Source of the DNA: Harriotta raleighana
Taxonomy: Eukaryota
Reading direction: 5' to 3'
NCBI GenBank assembly: GCA_050575255.1
Contig: JBNZDD010013732.1
Location: forward strand, 24,426,566 to 24,490,565
Length of the DNA: 64,000 nucleotides
The translations under genes and the position numbers were made by a program. Shown piece after piece: positions 1-13,222 of the stretch (positions within the stretch are counted from its first letter, which is position 1; the number at the start of each line of letters is the position of its first letter). The notes under the pieces were generated by a model, which was given only the letters and a program-made list of their open reading frames with translations, ran no database searches and was not told where the DNA came from.

Positions 1-1184
1 ACAAGCATAGTGACTCTCACATCAGAAGACCATCCCAAGGCCCTGAAATTATGGGAGCCCATTCTATTTTTGTGGGTCAGCCTGGTATCTCACAAATGCT
101 CATGAGTCTCCAAACCAAACTGAATACCGCATATGGGTGGATCCATTTGCCCAATACGTAGAATGTGTGGTCTCTCCAAAGGGATGCGTTTACAAAAGCA
201 ACTGCATTTATATAGAGCCGTTTGTACAGGATAGCTTCTTGGACACTTGATCCAGGTCAGAGTTTTGGTGCAGGTTGGCATGAGCAATATTTTTTCCTTT
301 TTGTTATTCGTAGGCGAAAGCTAGAATGAGATTTAGATTGAGATTCCCCAATTAACTTATCTGCGTTCCCATTGTAAGAAGTGCGACCTTGCACTTTCCA
401 TTTCTTCATGGCAACATCTCTCTTTGACTTCCTGTTTTCAAAAGAAAAGTCAACTAGAACAATGTTATTTTAATAAAAGCAAGGTTGCATTCAAGATTTT
501 GTTAAAGGCACAATATTTACATTCTGCGCACATGGCAGGAAACAGACTAGAAGGAAGAATTGTGTGTGTGTTGAGGGTTACCTTTTATTGTACATGGTTC
601 TATGGTCAAGGTCAATTTACCTAGAAATAAAACACTATCCACTTCTTGTGTGTGTTTCAGTTAGTTAATACAGTTGGAACATAATGCACTGAAGTGCGGC
701 TTCCAATACGGGAACAAGAATTATGTTGCAAAATAGCACAATAAACCCTAGTAACATTTAATAAAAATAAATAGATTCTGTGCTTTTCTCAAAAGATTGT
801 TTCTCAACCTTCTCTCACCCTCCGTTTATATTAAACTATACAGTTGATACTTTATCACAGAAAGATAGAATATAGGTTGTTGGCTCAAAGCATTCATTCA
901 GTTAATGGCCTGGCTGAGTCAGAAAAGCCATCATGCAGAGAAACTTTAACAAATCACCTTGTGATAGACTGCAAGCCACCTGCAATCAGAGTTTGGCATA
1001 TCGATTCAGGATATGGACTATTGTAGCTAAATTCCTCTCACGTAGTGGAAAAACAATCCCCCTCAATTCTTTTCATAAGGGGAAGGGCAGCCAGCAGTAT
1101 AGTGTGGAGCAGATGTAAGTGATCTGCAACTCAAGGCATAGAAAGCCCTCAATACTTGTCCTCAGTCAAGGGATGAGTCTAGAG

Positions 1185-1496
1185 CAATGGTTCTCAACTT
1201 TTTTCAGCAATGTGCCCCTTGTTAATTTTCAACATTATCATGTACCCCCACCCAACCACATACACACACACACCTCTCCCCTCATTCCACTTGCATTTTA
1301 TGACCAAGCTGTTCTTATATACCAAAATAACTAGCACATACAAAACAAAGGGAATAACAATTAAATATACAATTTGGAAGGCTATAAAACGCTAAATAAG
1401 AGAGCTAAATAAATCAATGTACGTACCTCCGCCTGTACACCCTGGAAGTAATTTTGTACCCCTTGGGGTACATGTACCCCTGGTTGAGAACCACTG
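1185..1496. mobile_element. hAT (Charlie/MER5-like) non-autonomous DNA transposon
   Basis: TIRs CAATGGTTCTCAAC...GTTGAGAACCACTG, flanked by a perfect 8-bp TSD GTCTAGAG (1177-1184, 1497-1504). Confidence 0.9.
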
Positions 1497-2124
1497 GTCT
1501 AGAGTATGCTCTGCGTGGCACAAATCCCTTTTAAACTCTCTGTCAGATCTATGACAGTACTGGCTATCTTATTTATGTCTGTTTGTGTGGTGCAAAATGG
1601 CTCCTGCTTTTTCCAACAAATACACTTGACAGCGACAACCCGTGAAGCGCCCTGGGACGTTTAGTATTCTTGACATTGTAAGAAACACAAGGAAGAGGAT
1701 GTTGATGATGATTATTACCACTGCAGTTCTGGGTGATGATCCGACTTTCTTGTTCGGGTAGTTGATTAGTTTATTTAGTTCAATTCCAAGCCTCTTGTGC
1801 AAAATCGCAACAATGTTCCAGTCCTAGAATGTCAACAGTAGGACAACCGTGGGAATCATGGGGAAAAGGAAGAGGCGTCCCAGCTGATCTTCACCTTGTC
1901 CTTGTTAACACAGTATTGAACCAATGACCCATGTTTGCCTGTGCGCTGTGCGGGGCTGTGGGAATGTGATTTGAATTAATTAGAGATAGCGCTTTGCAGA
2001 GTAAGTGGGGACGGTGCCCAGACAATCATCAACCAATGGATGGACAAAATGATTGGCATTTCCAAAAGTTATTTTCACTTTAACACTTCCAAACTCTGCC
2101 AAGCCCAGATTTGACCAATGCTTC

Positions 2125-2468
2125 TGACAGAGCTGACACTGACACTCCAATGCAGCCCTAGGTGTGTGTACGGCATTATAGGTGGAACTGTCTTTCAGAT
2201 TAAATGTTAAAGCACGGTCATGGCTGCCTACTGATGTTAAAGACCCTGTGGCACTATTCAAATACAAAAAAGGGAATTTTTCCTGCTGCACTGGTCAATA
2301 ATTCACTAATTAAAACTGGTAATGAACTAAATTTTTGGCAAGACATTGCTGTGTGCATTTGCCCACAAAATATACAGTTGCACCATTTTATAGAGTATCC
2401 TACAAAGTACTTTGAGACGTTTTAATAATGTGATAAGGAGCTACATCAAATGTAAGATGTTTCATTAT
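2125..2468 (+). mobile_element. Old Deu-domain-type SINE (further fragments at about 2505-2745 and 3165-3385)
   Basis: Motifs ...TCTTTCAGATTAAATGTTAAA...GACATTGCTGTGTGCA...CTTTGAGACG...ATCAAATGTAAG are shared with other SINE copies in the window. Boundaries are approximate. Confidence 0.6.
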
Positions 2469-3433
2469 TAAAATAGGATTTAACTTCAAGACCATGTGAT
2501 CCAGAGGAAACCCTTGAATAGTTGGTAGGTAGTGTTTTCATCTCTGAGCCAGTAGGTTGTGGGTTCAAGCCCCATGAGCTCGTAGACTAGGCTGATTCTC
2601 AGTGCAGTGCTCAGGTAGTTCTGCATCTCCATTCTTTGGATGAAATGTTAAACCAAAGTCCAGGCTGCCTATTCACGTGGATATTAAAAGATTCTGGCAC
2701 TGTTCAAACAGAGAAGGGTGTTCTCTGCTTAGTGTGCTGGCCGGCAATTCAGTCATTGAAACGTAAACCTGCTGTCTTTTATAAACACTGCATGTCTGAA
2801 ATTCAGTCATTGTAGAAACTCTTATGAAAACTAACGACATCTGAACTCAAGCTAAATTTAATCATTTTCTACAATTCTGCACAACCTTAAAATTCAATAG
2901 AAAATGGTCATGTAGGCTAAGACCAGGTGTAACTCTCAACCTTACACCTGAGTGTAATGGAGCAGGTTTGGTTCCAGATGGCAGCCTGTGGGTGTCTTTT
3001 GTTATGACGTCCATTGTTGTCAATGGGAAGCCACAAGTCTTTGTTACAATAATAATGCTGTAGCATCCAAAAGAGCTTCATAACCAGTAAGTTAAATGGG
3101 ATATAATGTTAAAGTTGATCTTTGAAAAGCCATTATTTTCAATGTTGTTGAACTGTGTCCTTAAGAGGGGAGTTTCTTCCAGTGTCCAGGCCAACAATTT
3201 CCCCTCCACCCAAAAATAACTGGTCATTGACTTCATGGCTGTGGGACATTGCTATCTAGATTGGCTTCCGCATTTGCCTACAAAATACACCTTAATTTCA
3301 CCATTAGAATAAATCCTATGAAGCGCTTTGAGACGTCCTCCTGAGGTGAAAAGCACTATATCAAATTAAAGGCTTATTATTATTCTGTAATCTTTTTTAG
3401 CAAATGTTCTGAAACATTTTTTTTTGCTCCTAG

Positions 3434-3524
3434 GTATTTGCTCCCAGAGTAGGCGTTATGTATCTACTAGCAAGTTTGGCGTTTTTGTTTTATTACAGCA
3501 AAGTCCCTGAAAGATACTTTCCTG
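3434..3524 (+). CDS. PAQR3: PAQR3-like (progestin and adipoQ receptor family), penultimate coding exon
   Basis: tag|GTATTT...CCTG|gtaagt, 91 nt, phase 0 to 1. Encodes VFAPRVGVMYLLASLAFLFYYSKVPERYFP, matching the PAQR3 SKVPERYFPG motif. No upstream exons were found in the window. Confidence 0.88.
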
Positions 3525-3893
3525 GTAAGTCGCCACAACCTATCGATACAATCTCTTGAGTAATAAGCATTTGTATATTCAATGCAAATGGCCTTTTTTT
3601 TAGCAAGACAAAACAGGTTTTCAGTGAAGGCTCACATATCGAAATGTAGCTGAAGTCTATTCAAATTGCTTTAAAACAAATTAATGATAGTACTGATGTT
3701 CATGAGAAGTAACCTTCCATTATAACTAGGTGGGCCCTTGTTAACTTTGCTATGGTGCATAATCTCTAATATTACATATTATTGGGTGGAGTGGGTGGGG
3801 TGGGAGAGGAAAGTGCAGGATTGTGTTTAAAACTGAACACATGAAAATGGTCAGTGATCCTGGGCCTCTTTGTAATCAACTCTTGTTTTCCAG

Positions 3894-4033
3894 GTGGATA
3901 CTTGAATTACTTTGGCTGCAGCCACCAGTGGTGGCATTTCCTGGTCGTTTTAATGTTCTATTGGTGGCACCAGACTGCAGTTCATATAATGCATTATAGA
4001 CACGAGCAACCATGCCTAAAAATAACTAAGTAA
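3894..4033 (+). CDS. PAQR3: PAQR3-like, last coding exon
   Basis: cag|GT GGA TAC..., phase-compatible with the previous exon. Encodes GGYLNYFGCSHQWWHFLVVLMFYWWHQTAVHIMHYRHEQPCLKITK*, with the PAQR SHQxWH zinc-ligand motif. Confidence 0.9.
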
Positions 4034-5399
4034 GTAAATTAACATTTTCCAGCATTTCTACAAGGAGGATTGTTTGGCAGTTAAGAATGAGGTGCTGTTA
4101 TTAAAGACAAGGAAGCCAATGTGGTAGAATGATGTGCGGAGAAAGGGGAACAAAATCTCAGTTTAAATAGTAATTCTTCAGTTCAACAACTCTTCTTGTG
4201 AATGTATTGACTGCCTTCTAATTTACCTAAGATTGAATGTGTCTTGATCACGTTACTGCAAATATTGGAAGTTGTACCTTAGTACCGACCAGTACTGTAA
4301 TATCTGCTCAGCTGATGACTCAGACTTACAGTTGCATGAAGAAACCTTCCCAACGAGCCAAATTGTTGGCTGCCTACTTTTCTAACACTTGGACTGTGCC
4401 AGTAACCAATACAGCATCACAAACTTGAGGTGCATTATGTTCAGGCAGCTGCAATAAATGCCTTTTAATAGAGAAGTAAGAGCATGTATTTGTAAATGTC
4501 TCAAATGTATTTATTGAACTGTCTTTCTTCATAAATAATAATTGCCTGCCTTTGTCATAGTTCTAATTTTGTAGAAATGGTTTAATATGTACTGTACCGT
4601 GTGGGCTGTAAATCTAATGACTATAGAACAGTAAAACAGTTCTGCATGCACAGTAAAAAAAATTATTGTAACTGTTTACAAGGCCCAATTAGTATCCTGC
4701 CGACCACCTTTTCTCCCCAACCCTAAGTTGTTGTGTTTTTCCTTCTATAATGTGATGATGGGTTCAATGACCACTAAATGCTTTTGCTTAATTTGTGAAG
4801 TGACCAACAAATTGAATTAGAAAAGTTGCACTAACAGACTTACAACGATCACTTCTGCTGTCCATAGTAGTAACTTGATGCGTTTTCATTTAAAACTTGA
4901 ATGTCTTTGAGATGCAGATTTCAGGGAAGGGAGGGCGTGATTTTTTTCTAAAAATGGGAGAAGTTGATACTAACTGTTGGACATTTATTTTCTCTGATGC
5001 TGTTTGCATAGTCTTTGCAAACATTTGCCTTACCTTGGGCCATTTTACTGATAAGTGTAAGATACGAAAAGCTTTAGGATACTGTATGCAAAACCTTCAA
5101 ATAGTCAGGAGCTTCCAATGTTGTGATTCCATTATTTGCCTGAGTTCCACCTTTATGCAAGGTTCACCACCTTTTGAACATGTGGAAGCAACTGATAAAT
5201 GAGTTTTTAATGGGAGCAGCTGCCATAAAATAGGGATTGGTGGTTATAAACATGTCTAGACAATTTTAAGATGGGCGGGCATTTTATCTTGCATTCACTT
5301 AATGTTGGCAAATGCACCGTGATGAGAGATGGGAAAGGAGAATACATATTGGGGCTAAAGATAGAAACTAAAGATACATAGGGGTGGATTGGAGAGGGA

Positions 5400-5965
5400 G
5401 ATAGTGTTGATTAATCACTGCAACGATCAGAACAGTGTGTGGCAGCAATGAAGACAGCAAACAAGATCTTGAAATACACAGCTGAGGACAAATGAGGTAT
5501 TACTGAACTTGTACATGTAATAGACTGGTCCCAATGGGGAGCACTCTATTATGGGTACTCTATTCCTGTAGGGACATTTTTGCACTTGAAAGGGCAACTA
5601 AAATGGAATTCCGTATTCGAATTATGAGACCGTAACAGAAACTCGGATGTTCACACTGAGGAAGGGACATCTTAAAGTATTCAAAAAGAATCATAATACA
5701 GTATGTTTAGCAGAATCACAAACATCACAACAAGGAGGAATAGAAGCTGGAAGGCGAATAGGCAGTTCCGATTTTATTATTTTACACACCAAGCATGTGG
5801 AATGGACCAGCCAATGAAGCGGATTCTGTTAGCAATTCAAGAGGGGATTGGATAGTTATTTGCAAAGAAAGCAGCTGAGGCGCATGAGATGGTAGTACAG
5901 GATATGTTTAAGATTGAGACCTGCCAGATAGGGCATGGGTGGACTCTTCTGTTCCTGTATGTGTT
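5400..5965 (+). mobile_element. Degraded CR1-type LINE 3' fragment
   Basis: Decayed similarity to the CR1 ORF2 end seen at 26000-26730, ending ...GGTGGACTCTTCTGTTCCTGTATG. Boundaries are approximate. Confidence 0.55.
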
Positions 5966-7102
5966 ATAGTTTCATACACTTTTGTAATTTGCAAGAATTT
6001 GTGCAATAGATTCAAGCCCCGAAGAATGCAATTTTTCAAGTTGATCTGGAATAATATGTGCATAAATTTAAACCTCCTTTTATAGCCTAGCCATTTCAGT
6101 GTATATGTTAGCTTCCACTTCATAAAACAAGAGGAAACCGAGTCCACCCCACAAAGGTCAACTCCGTTTGCCAAAGATGGTTTCATCTTTCTCAGCTATA
6201 AATATTTTAAGATGCTGATACAATAACCATATTTAATGATTGTCCAGATAAATTGACTTTTAAAAAAAAAAAGTAATTTCTCGGTTGTTAAGCTGCACAA
6301 TTTAAATAATAAGTGTTGGGAAGACAAAACAATCCACAGATGAAACCTTGGGTCTCATTTCTCGTATTTAAAACAGTTCAAGGAACTCATTCCGAGTACT
6401 CCTGAAATGAGACTGTGGGGTCATGCTCGTTCAATTGTGTTGCAAGGGTAAATTCAATCCGGAGATATATTGGCTACCATAAAAAATCTGTGATCTATTT
6501 TGCTTGATCGATTGCAGCATACTGCTAACATTTCAACAACATAGATGGATTTCAGGCCATAAACAGGTTGCATATGTCCCTTCTGGACAACAAACCTCCC
6601 CTCAGGGCTTTCCGCATTAAATATAATTTGTGTGCAGCTCTGAAAGTCACTTTTCTCTCTCCTACCCACCGGCCTCTCCAGCAGTTTCTTTCCCAGAACG
6701 ATCTTTGAAATTCCAGACATTTTCCACCCAATTTAAAAATTGATAAAGGTTCTTAATTTTAATTCATTATTTTTCATTCAGTTCAGTGTGTTGCTGCAAT
6801 GTTCCAAGTGCCAAATGTGTTCGACTTTGCCTTGTATTTGGTTCACTATTCAACACAGAAATTGCCCATTCCTTTCTACTGTGTTGAAGGGATAAAGGCA
6901 TTTGAGGAAATCTTTATTGTTTCCAATGGTTGAACATTTGGTAGATGAAGCACTGAATTAAGCGACTTCTTATTACATAAAGCAACTTAAATAGTATCTG
7001 GAGTTTTATTTGCTCTTTAATGCAATTCTTTTTATCAGGTCTTTTGATATGCATCAAATATGTTTTCAAAATGTTTACAAAACTGAATGTTGCATCTAAA
7101 GT

Positions 7103-7108
7103 AATAAA
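7103..7108 (+). terminator. Candidate polyadenylation signal of the PAQR3-like gene
   Basis: AATAAA followed about 15 nt later by a T/GT-rich tract (TTTGTTTCTTTGT). A proximal AATAAA also lies at 4453-4458. Confidence 0.4.
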
Positions 7109-8701
7109 GATTTTTCATGCAATTTGTTTCTTTGTACCTTATACCAGCACTGAATTATTTTAGTTATGTTTGCTTTTTGGCCTTTATTTAAGATTTGGAA
7201 TAACCAATTTCAGAACATACTTAGTACACATACACTCAATAGCTATGTTTAAATAATGCAGCATTGCAAAAACAATCTTAGTATCAGATTGCTTTTAACA
7301 GGAATGGCTAGTCCTATCCTGGATATCACAGTGATTTATAGTTCATCATTTTTACGTTATTCCTAACCCACAGAAATATTTGTAACAGTAAATAGAGCCA
7401 AGTGAAAAACCAATCCTCCTGATTTACAGTGTAAGAACGGTGACTGCTTTGTGTGTTCCATGATAGATCGTTTAAAGACAGTATCTGCTGTACCGACAAG
7501 CTCCTCCCAACGTTTTGCCTCTTGGTTTAGAGCAGCTTGAGCACGCTTTGGAGAACAACGGTGATGGTGCAATGGCAGAGATTGAAAACTGCAGTAAATC
7601 CAATGTAGCGTTGCATAGTGCATTGTTGAATACGAGTGCATAGATATTAACATACTAAATCTGTCAAAGCACAGATTTTGTTCTATTCTGAGTTTTTATG
7701 ATTTCCTAATGTTCTATGATACTTGTTGAACTATTGTGACACTTTCAAACTCACATAGTTTCAGAATTACAGTTCATCAATCTTTGGTAAAGTATTGTAT
7801 TTGCATTGCATTTCAGATTTCAAATCACCAGTTGGCCAGATGAACTATAAAATAAAAGGGCTAAATGAAAGAAACTGCTCAGAGAAAATAATTGAGAAAT
7901 TGCAGTCAATCACAATATAGATTCAGAAATTCCAGATTAATTTCCTGTTCTTAATCTTGGCAGATTTATTAGGTTCAGAGAATTAAATAAAACTACTCAG
8001 GAAGGGTTGATTGGATGTAAAGTGAAATATTCTCTTACCCAAATAATCAATTTCTCAAAATGACAAATGAGTAACTAATATTTTGTACAGTTTGATGGCA
8101 TTCTTCATTGAGTTTGTTAGGTGAGGTACAGATCTCATTAACCTGGCCATTAAGAAAATGTAACTAAAGTAGGGACATAATGTTCTTTGAATATTGTGTC
8201 CCCACTGAATGTAATTCTTGTTGAGTTATTTTTGGTAGGTCAGGGTAAAGAAATTGAGGCAAGAAATTGGAACTGAAAGGATTAGTTGAGGTACAGATCA
8301 GTCATGGTGTAATTAAATTGCAGAACAGGCTCAAAGGGCTGAATGGCCTACTCCTCTTCCTATGTTCATAAAGTAGGAAATCAATCCTATCACTTAGTTG
8401 CATCTTCTTGCTTTGAAATAAAACCAAATTTCTTCAGTGCATTGTTCCATACACTGAACCACTGTGTGAATTGCTGAAGCTATGAAGTAATATTTATGGT
8501 CTGCAATTTCAGTAACACTGACATTTCATTAATGTATTGATTTCTGAATCCATTGATATGTCCATAAATGGTGCAAACCAGAGCCCATCCCTTGGGATTC
8601 AAGTTATAATTCATTCTGTTCAGTTTTGCACAAGGAGAGGTTAAAACCATTTCTGCCCTGCTAATGTTCATCAAAATTTTAAATTCAACACAGTAAATAT
8701 A

Positions 8702-9684
8702 TTATTCACTCTCTGTTGAACCACTTGTTGGAAAAACTTTTCCCCAACCCTTCATAGGGAAAGGTGCAGCAGAAAATGGGTCTTCATTGTTTGTGTGCTG
8801 GACAGCGCCTCGAAGCAGAACAACCTGTTGTTCAATGAGTCTATTAGATTCTAGGTTTCTCATATCATTAGGGTTGGTACTTTGGCTAAAAGGGTTTAAT
8901 ACTGAAGGTACTTTCATAACAGAATTAAGTTTTTCATATTTTACAGAACTAACATCATCTGAAATATTCCCAAGGCACCCTGTTATTAAAGCAGTATCAG
9001 AGTGCACTTCTTGCTCCTTATTTGGTCCAACGCTTTTGTTGATTTTGCATTTAAGGCCATCTACCGGTGCTTGCATATGCTGCTCCGTGTTATTTATACT
9101 TCCACTCATTAGCTCTAAGTGGCACACTTCTGAAAAGTCCCTTCCAGTCTCAACAGAAACTGTCCGAAAAGGAACATGGCCAAATAAATCTGTGTTTGCG
9201 GGTTCCACTGATGTGATTTCTATGTTGTGAGAGTCCGGTAGGTGTAATTTGATTGGAAATGGTGCATTCTTGAAGATGTATGATTCATCTTGGTTACTTT
9301 TAAAATTCATTTTAGGTTTGAACGGAGCTTCTCGAAATAGTTCCAGCTTCCTGTCATCATTTGCATTTTCGGTCTCTTTACATGCTCCAAATTCAAACGG
9401 TGAAAGATCCATTCCCAAATTAGTCACAGAGGGTTCCTGAAAGACATCAGTGTTTTGGATACTGGTAGTAGAAACAGATGATCTAACTTGGCACGGTTCC
9501 TCTGAGTCAGTTTCTTTAGAAAGATCTGGGTTGAGATATTCTCCTTCATTCTCATTTTGATTGTCTTGGTCTATCTCATAGTCTTCATCTTCAGCGAGGA
9601 GAGGCTTGGAGCTGTTATAGTCTTCCAATTCGATGGTGTCTTCATCTGTTTTACCCTCGTCTTCATCACTGCTGAACAAAGTCC
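8702..9684 (-). CDS. AAK1: AAK1 alternative long terminal exon (BMP2K C-terminal-like domain)
   Basis: Acceptor cccctctgcag|GG is phase 1, matching the upstream phase-1 donors. 327 codons open to TAA. Contains acidic SSDEDE...SKPLLAEDED and repeated FREAPF/FKNAPF/DLFGHVPF/DPFSAAPF motifs, typical of the BMP2K/AAK1-long C-terminus. Confidence 0.85.
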
Positions 9685-10910
9685 CTGCAGAGGGGATTAC
9701 AAAATCACTTGAAAGTTCCTCAATTATTGTGTGAAGCAATATGCACTATAAAATGCACACATACTTCTCCACAAGTCAACTGTTTAATTCTATCCTTTGA
9801 TGTACAACCCACAAAACTAGTCAGTCATAACTGACTTTAGAAACTTCCCTGAAACTAAATTTTCAAAGCCAAACAAAACAAATTAAACTTGAAAGAAGCA
9901 TAACACATCTTTATTATATGCAAAAGGAAACTTTAAGGTATCTCACTAATAATTTTGGCATAAATAATCCATATTATATTCAATGACTGCAATGGACCTC
10001 TCAATTAATAATTATGGCAATGGAGTTGCATTCCTCCTATTTACCAATGAAATCAAAACAAGTGGCATTGCTGAGTCTGCGGAAAATGGCAGTTTTCTGC
10101 CTACAAACTGAGTCAGTGAAGTTATCTCAGGAAAATATATTGATTACAATGCTCTCTAATGAATAAAGGGGTTGCTTTTAAAAGACTCCTCAACAGCCAG
10201 GTTACTGTATGGAAAACCAATACACTTATCAGATAACAGCAATGAGGGCAAAATAAAGACCATCAAATTGGAAGACGACAACAGCAGTTATAAAAGAGAA
10301 AGCATTAGCAATGGAAATATTGCATAATCAGTTTAGACTAGAAATTAATGTAAGATAGGAATAATAATATTCTGCTTTCTTGTCAGCTCTTTAAATCTCT
10401 GCTTCATTTTAAAAGTAATTATTCTTGTTAAAAAGATGAGCAATTTGTGCTTCTGCACAGATAGTTGTTACAAATCCAAAATAATATTGTAATAAACAAA
10501 AATCTGGTATATTTCTGTCAAGTGTAGTATTTCTTGGTATCACTAACAAACCATTGCAAGATTTAGAGATAACACTATTGGAAATTTTTGTGTCTAGCTG
10601 GCTTTTGATTCATGATTGAAGTCTAGTAATTTCCAAGAATCCTGATTCTCAGAAGGAAAGTATAAACGTGAAGTGGAACAGGAACTTAGATTGCAAGTAT
10701 GATTTTTTTTTAAAATGCCAATTTGTTTTAATTCTTTTAACTCATCTATCATGAAAATGAGGCTCGAGGGTAGTAAATCAGACCATTTTAACTCAATCTG
10801 GTCTTTTAGGACAGAGTGAACATCTCATTATCATTGAGGAAAGCCAAATAAAATTACTCTTTAAAAACAATAAATTTCTAGCCTGTCTGAAATTCCTATA
10901 TTGCAAAATA

Positions 10911-11298
10911 CAGTAAAACCTTGTTTATCCGGCACGCTCTGGGGGTCAACTAATTGACTCTGCTAGATAAACAAGTCGCCGAAAACCCAACATAAAAAAT
11001 TAACTTATTTTAAAACATACCATGTTAATAATAGACTACATAGTAACAGAATATTGTGTGGATACTTACCAATAAAACATTCCAGCACAGTCGGAAAAAA
11101 ATTTGGTAAATCAGTATGTTTTACCGATCGGTTAAAAACCCAAGTGCGTAAGTTTACTAAGTGCACATGCACACACATTGCACGCATGCGCAAAGTGAGC
11201 AAACTCGCGATTCTGCAATGGGGAATTGCCCCGGGAGGGGGTCAAGCAATTGAATCGGGTTACAGTTGATCGGGTCACGGATAAACAAGGTTTAACTG
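10911..11298. mobile_element. Tigger/pogo-like MITE
   Basis: TIRs CAGTAAAACCTTGTTTATCCG...CGGATAAACAAGGTTTAACTG with TA TSDs. The same TIR family occurs at 35506-37122 and 39649-40467. Confidence 0.88.
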
Positions 11299-13047
11299 TA
11301 ATTCATTCTGAAGCCTCAAACATTTACTGATGAGATTCATACTTAAGGCTTATTTCACAGTATGCAAAGCTATCAGTGCACCAGATACAAGAATGACAAT
11401 ATGTTCCAGGAGCATTCTTCAAACCACTACATGTAATATAATTCAAAGGACAATTACATTGGAAAACTGTGGCCAATTTAGCAATTATAGCAAAATAGAA
11501 TTTAGGGCTTGAAAGGAGATTCATAATAAATCTGGCTAGATTACAAGATCACATTAGTCTGAATGAAGAAGTCCCTTCAGACCATTTGATCTCATCCCCT
11601 CAGATTACAAGTCCTACTAACCTCCCATCACAGTATCAAGCTATTTTAAAAGTCACCAGGAACGGTTACTTTTAGCAGTTCCAGAGAAAAGTCAAGTTGG
11701 CAAAGGAGGTGCAGAGCAAAACCAAATGAAAATTAATCTCGGGTTGGAATTCATTTTTGAAACATCATTTAATCACCTGACTTGGGGGTTCAGAAAGGCA
11801 ACGTTTAAAATAGATGCATCAGCTCATTGGTCATGTTGGGGTTATGTACAATTTATTGATGTATTGCGTATAGGCTGGTAAAACATAGGTTTGCGCTCAC
11901 ATTTTTTGGAAGCATTGACTAACATTTTGAGCAGAGACTGACTTTCATTGGGCTAATCTTCATAGGAAAGGTGGAACGGGATGTGTGGCAACATAAATTG
12001 GATTCTGAGGGCTGTAAATTGTGTCTCTATCTTGCTGTCCCTCTCCTAATCCAATGAATCTCTTTGGAGACATTTAGAAAAAAATCATACTTTTGCTCTG
12101 ATGACTCCAAATTATACAGCTTCCTGGTATTCAAGTCTTATCACCTTTTACTTTGCCTCAGGTTAGTTACTGGGAGAAAAGAACACAGCCATGTGACAAT
12201 CATAAGAATCATTAAATTATACAGCACAGCAGGAGGCTTTGAAAAGAGCGGTCCAAATCAATCCCACTCCCCCACATAGCCCCGCAAATTTGAGCTCTCT
12301 CCCTATAGCCCTAACAACAATAATCATTGGAAGATTTATCTTGCATAATGAGTGGCTGGATTTGCAGTGGTGAGTGGGCATTAAAAGGATTACAATCAAT
12401 ATCAATACAACCACCAAATTCTTGGATCAGTTCAAAAATGGCCTGAGAAATCTTTGCTGTGGAAGGCTGCCAGAACACCGACAATCTGTTTTCTACATTG
12501 GCACATTGGTAAATCAGCAAATACAAAGGGATTCAGTACATCAGAGTTCAATGCAAGAGTTGGCTACATAACTTCCTTATCTTGTCCCTTCTCAAATACT
12601 AATTTACAGGCACCCAAAGAATCTCAGCAGATGTAAAAATAAAGGTTTCTTCCTTGTGTGGATTTTAATTGTCAATTTTTGAGTCAAGTCACTTTCTTCT
12701 CAATGTGAATATTGTGTCTTATCCCAACTTGCTTTGTCTATCACTGAAGAAAAGAATGCTTCGGCCGTTCTAGACTGATTACTATTGAACCGTCAACATC
12801 TTCTTTGGAAACATTGGTAGATTAATCTCCAGTAGGCTGAAGTTCATAATTGATATTAACAAGTGTTTTATCACAAATTTACTGAGGAACATAATCTGTT
12901 AAAAAAAAGACATATAAGGCATTATTTCTTCCACAATTAACAAAATTAAAATCCCAGTCAAAATGTATGCCAGCATATGCAGATCTGTATAGTAAATCTG
13001 ATAAATTTGAAATGTGAAAAAATGGTCAAGCTTTCAATCGTAATATA

Positions 13048-13222
13048 CAGTAAACTGATAACTCAACTAGGTTTTACTGATCACCAACACTTAAGGATGC
13101 GTGCTGTCAACACCTGACTGAATTTATTCATTTCTACATTATGCCTAACTTGCCACTCCAGATAAGTCATCACTGACCACTTTTCTCTCAGAGTGATGAG
13201 TTGAGTTATCACCAGTTTACTG
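13048..13222. mobile_element. Short Tigger-like MITE
   Basis: TIRs CAGTAAACTGATAACTCAACT...AGTTGAGTTATCACCAGTTTACTG with TA flanks. Confidence 0.75.

Noticed and set aside
3618-3654. Possible hammerhead in the PAQR intron (TTCAG-TGAAGG...CGAAATGT-AGCTGAA)
   Set aside because: It lacks the CUGANGA box and a pairable stem II; at most a decayed remnant.
8787-9440. Plus-strand ORFs of 147 and 63 aa
   Set aside because: Antisense shadows of the long AAK1 terminal exon.
12570-12895. Strong minus-strand acceptor (tttttttaacag|AT at 12895) between the two terminal exons
   Set aside because: In phase 1 it reads DYVPQ* with several more stops and no recognisable homology. It could be a tiny third terminal exon or a decayed exon, but this is unsupported without transcripts.
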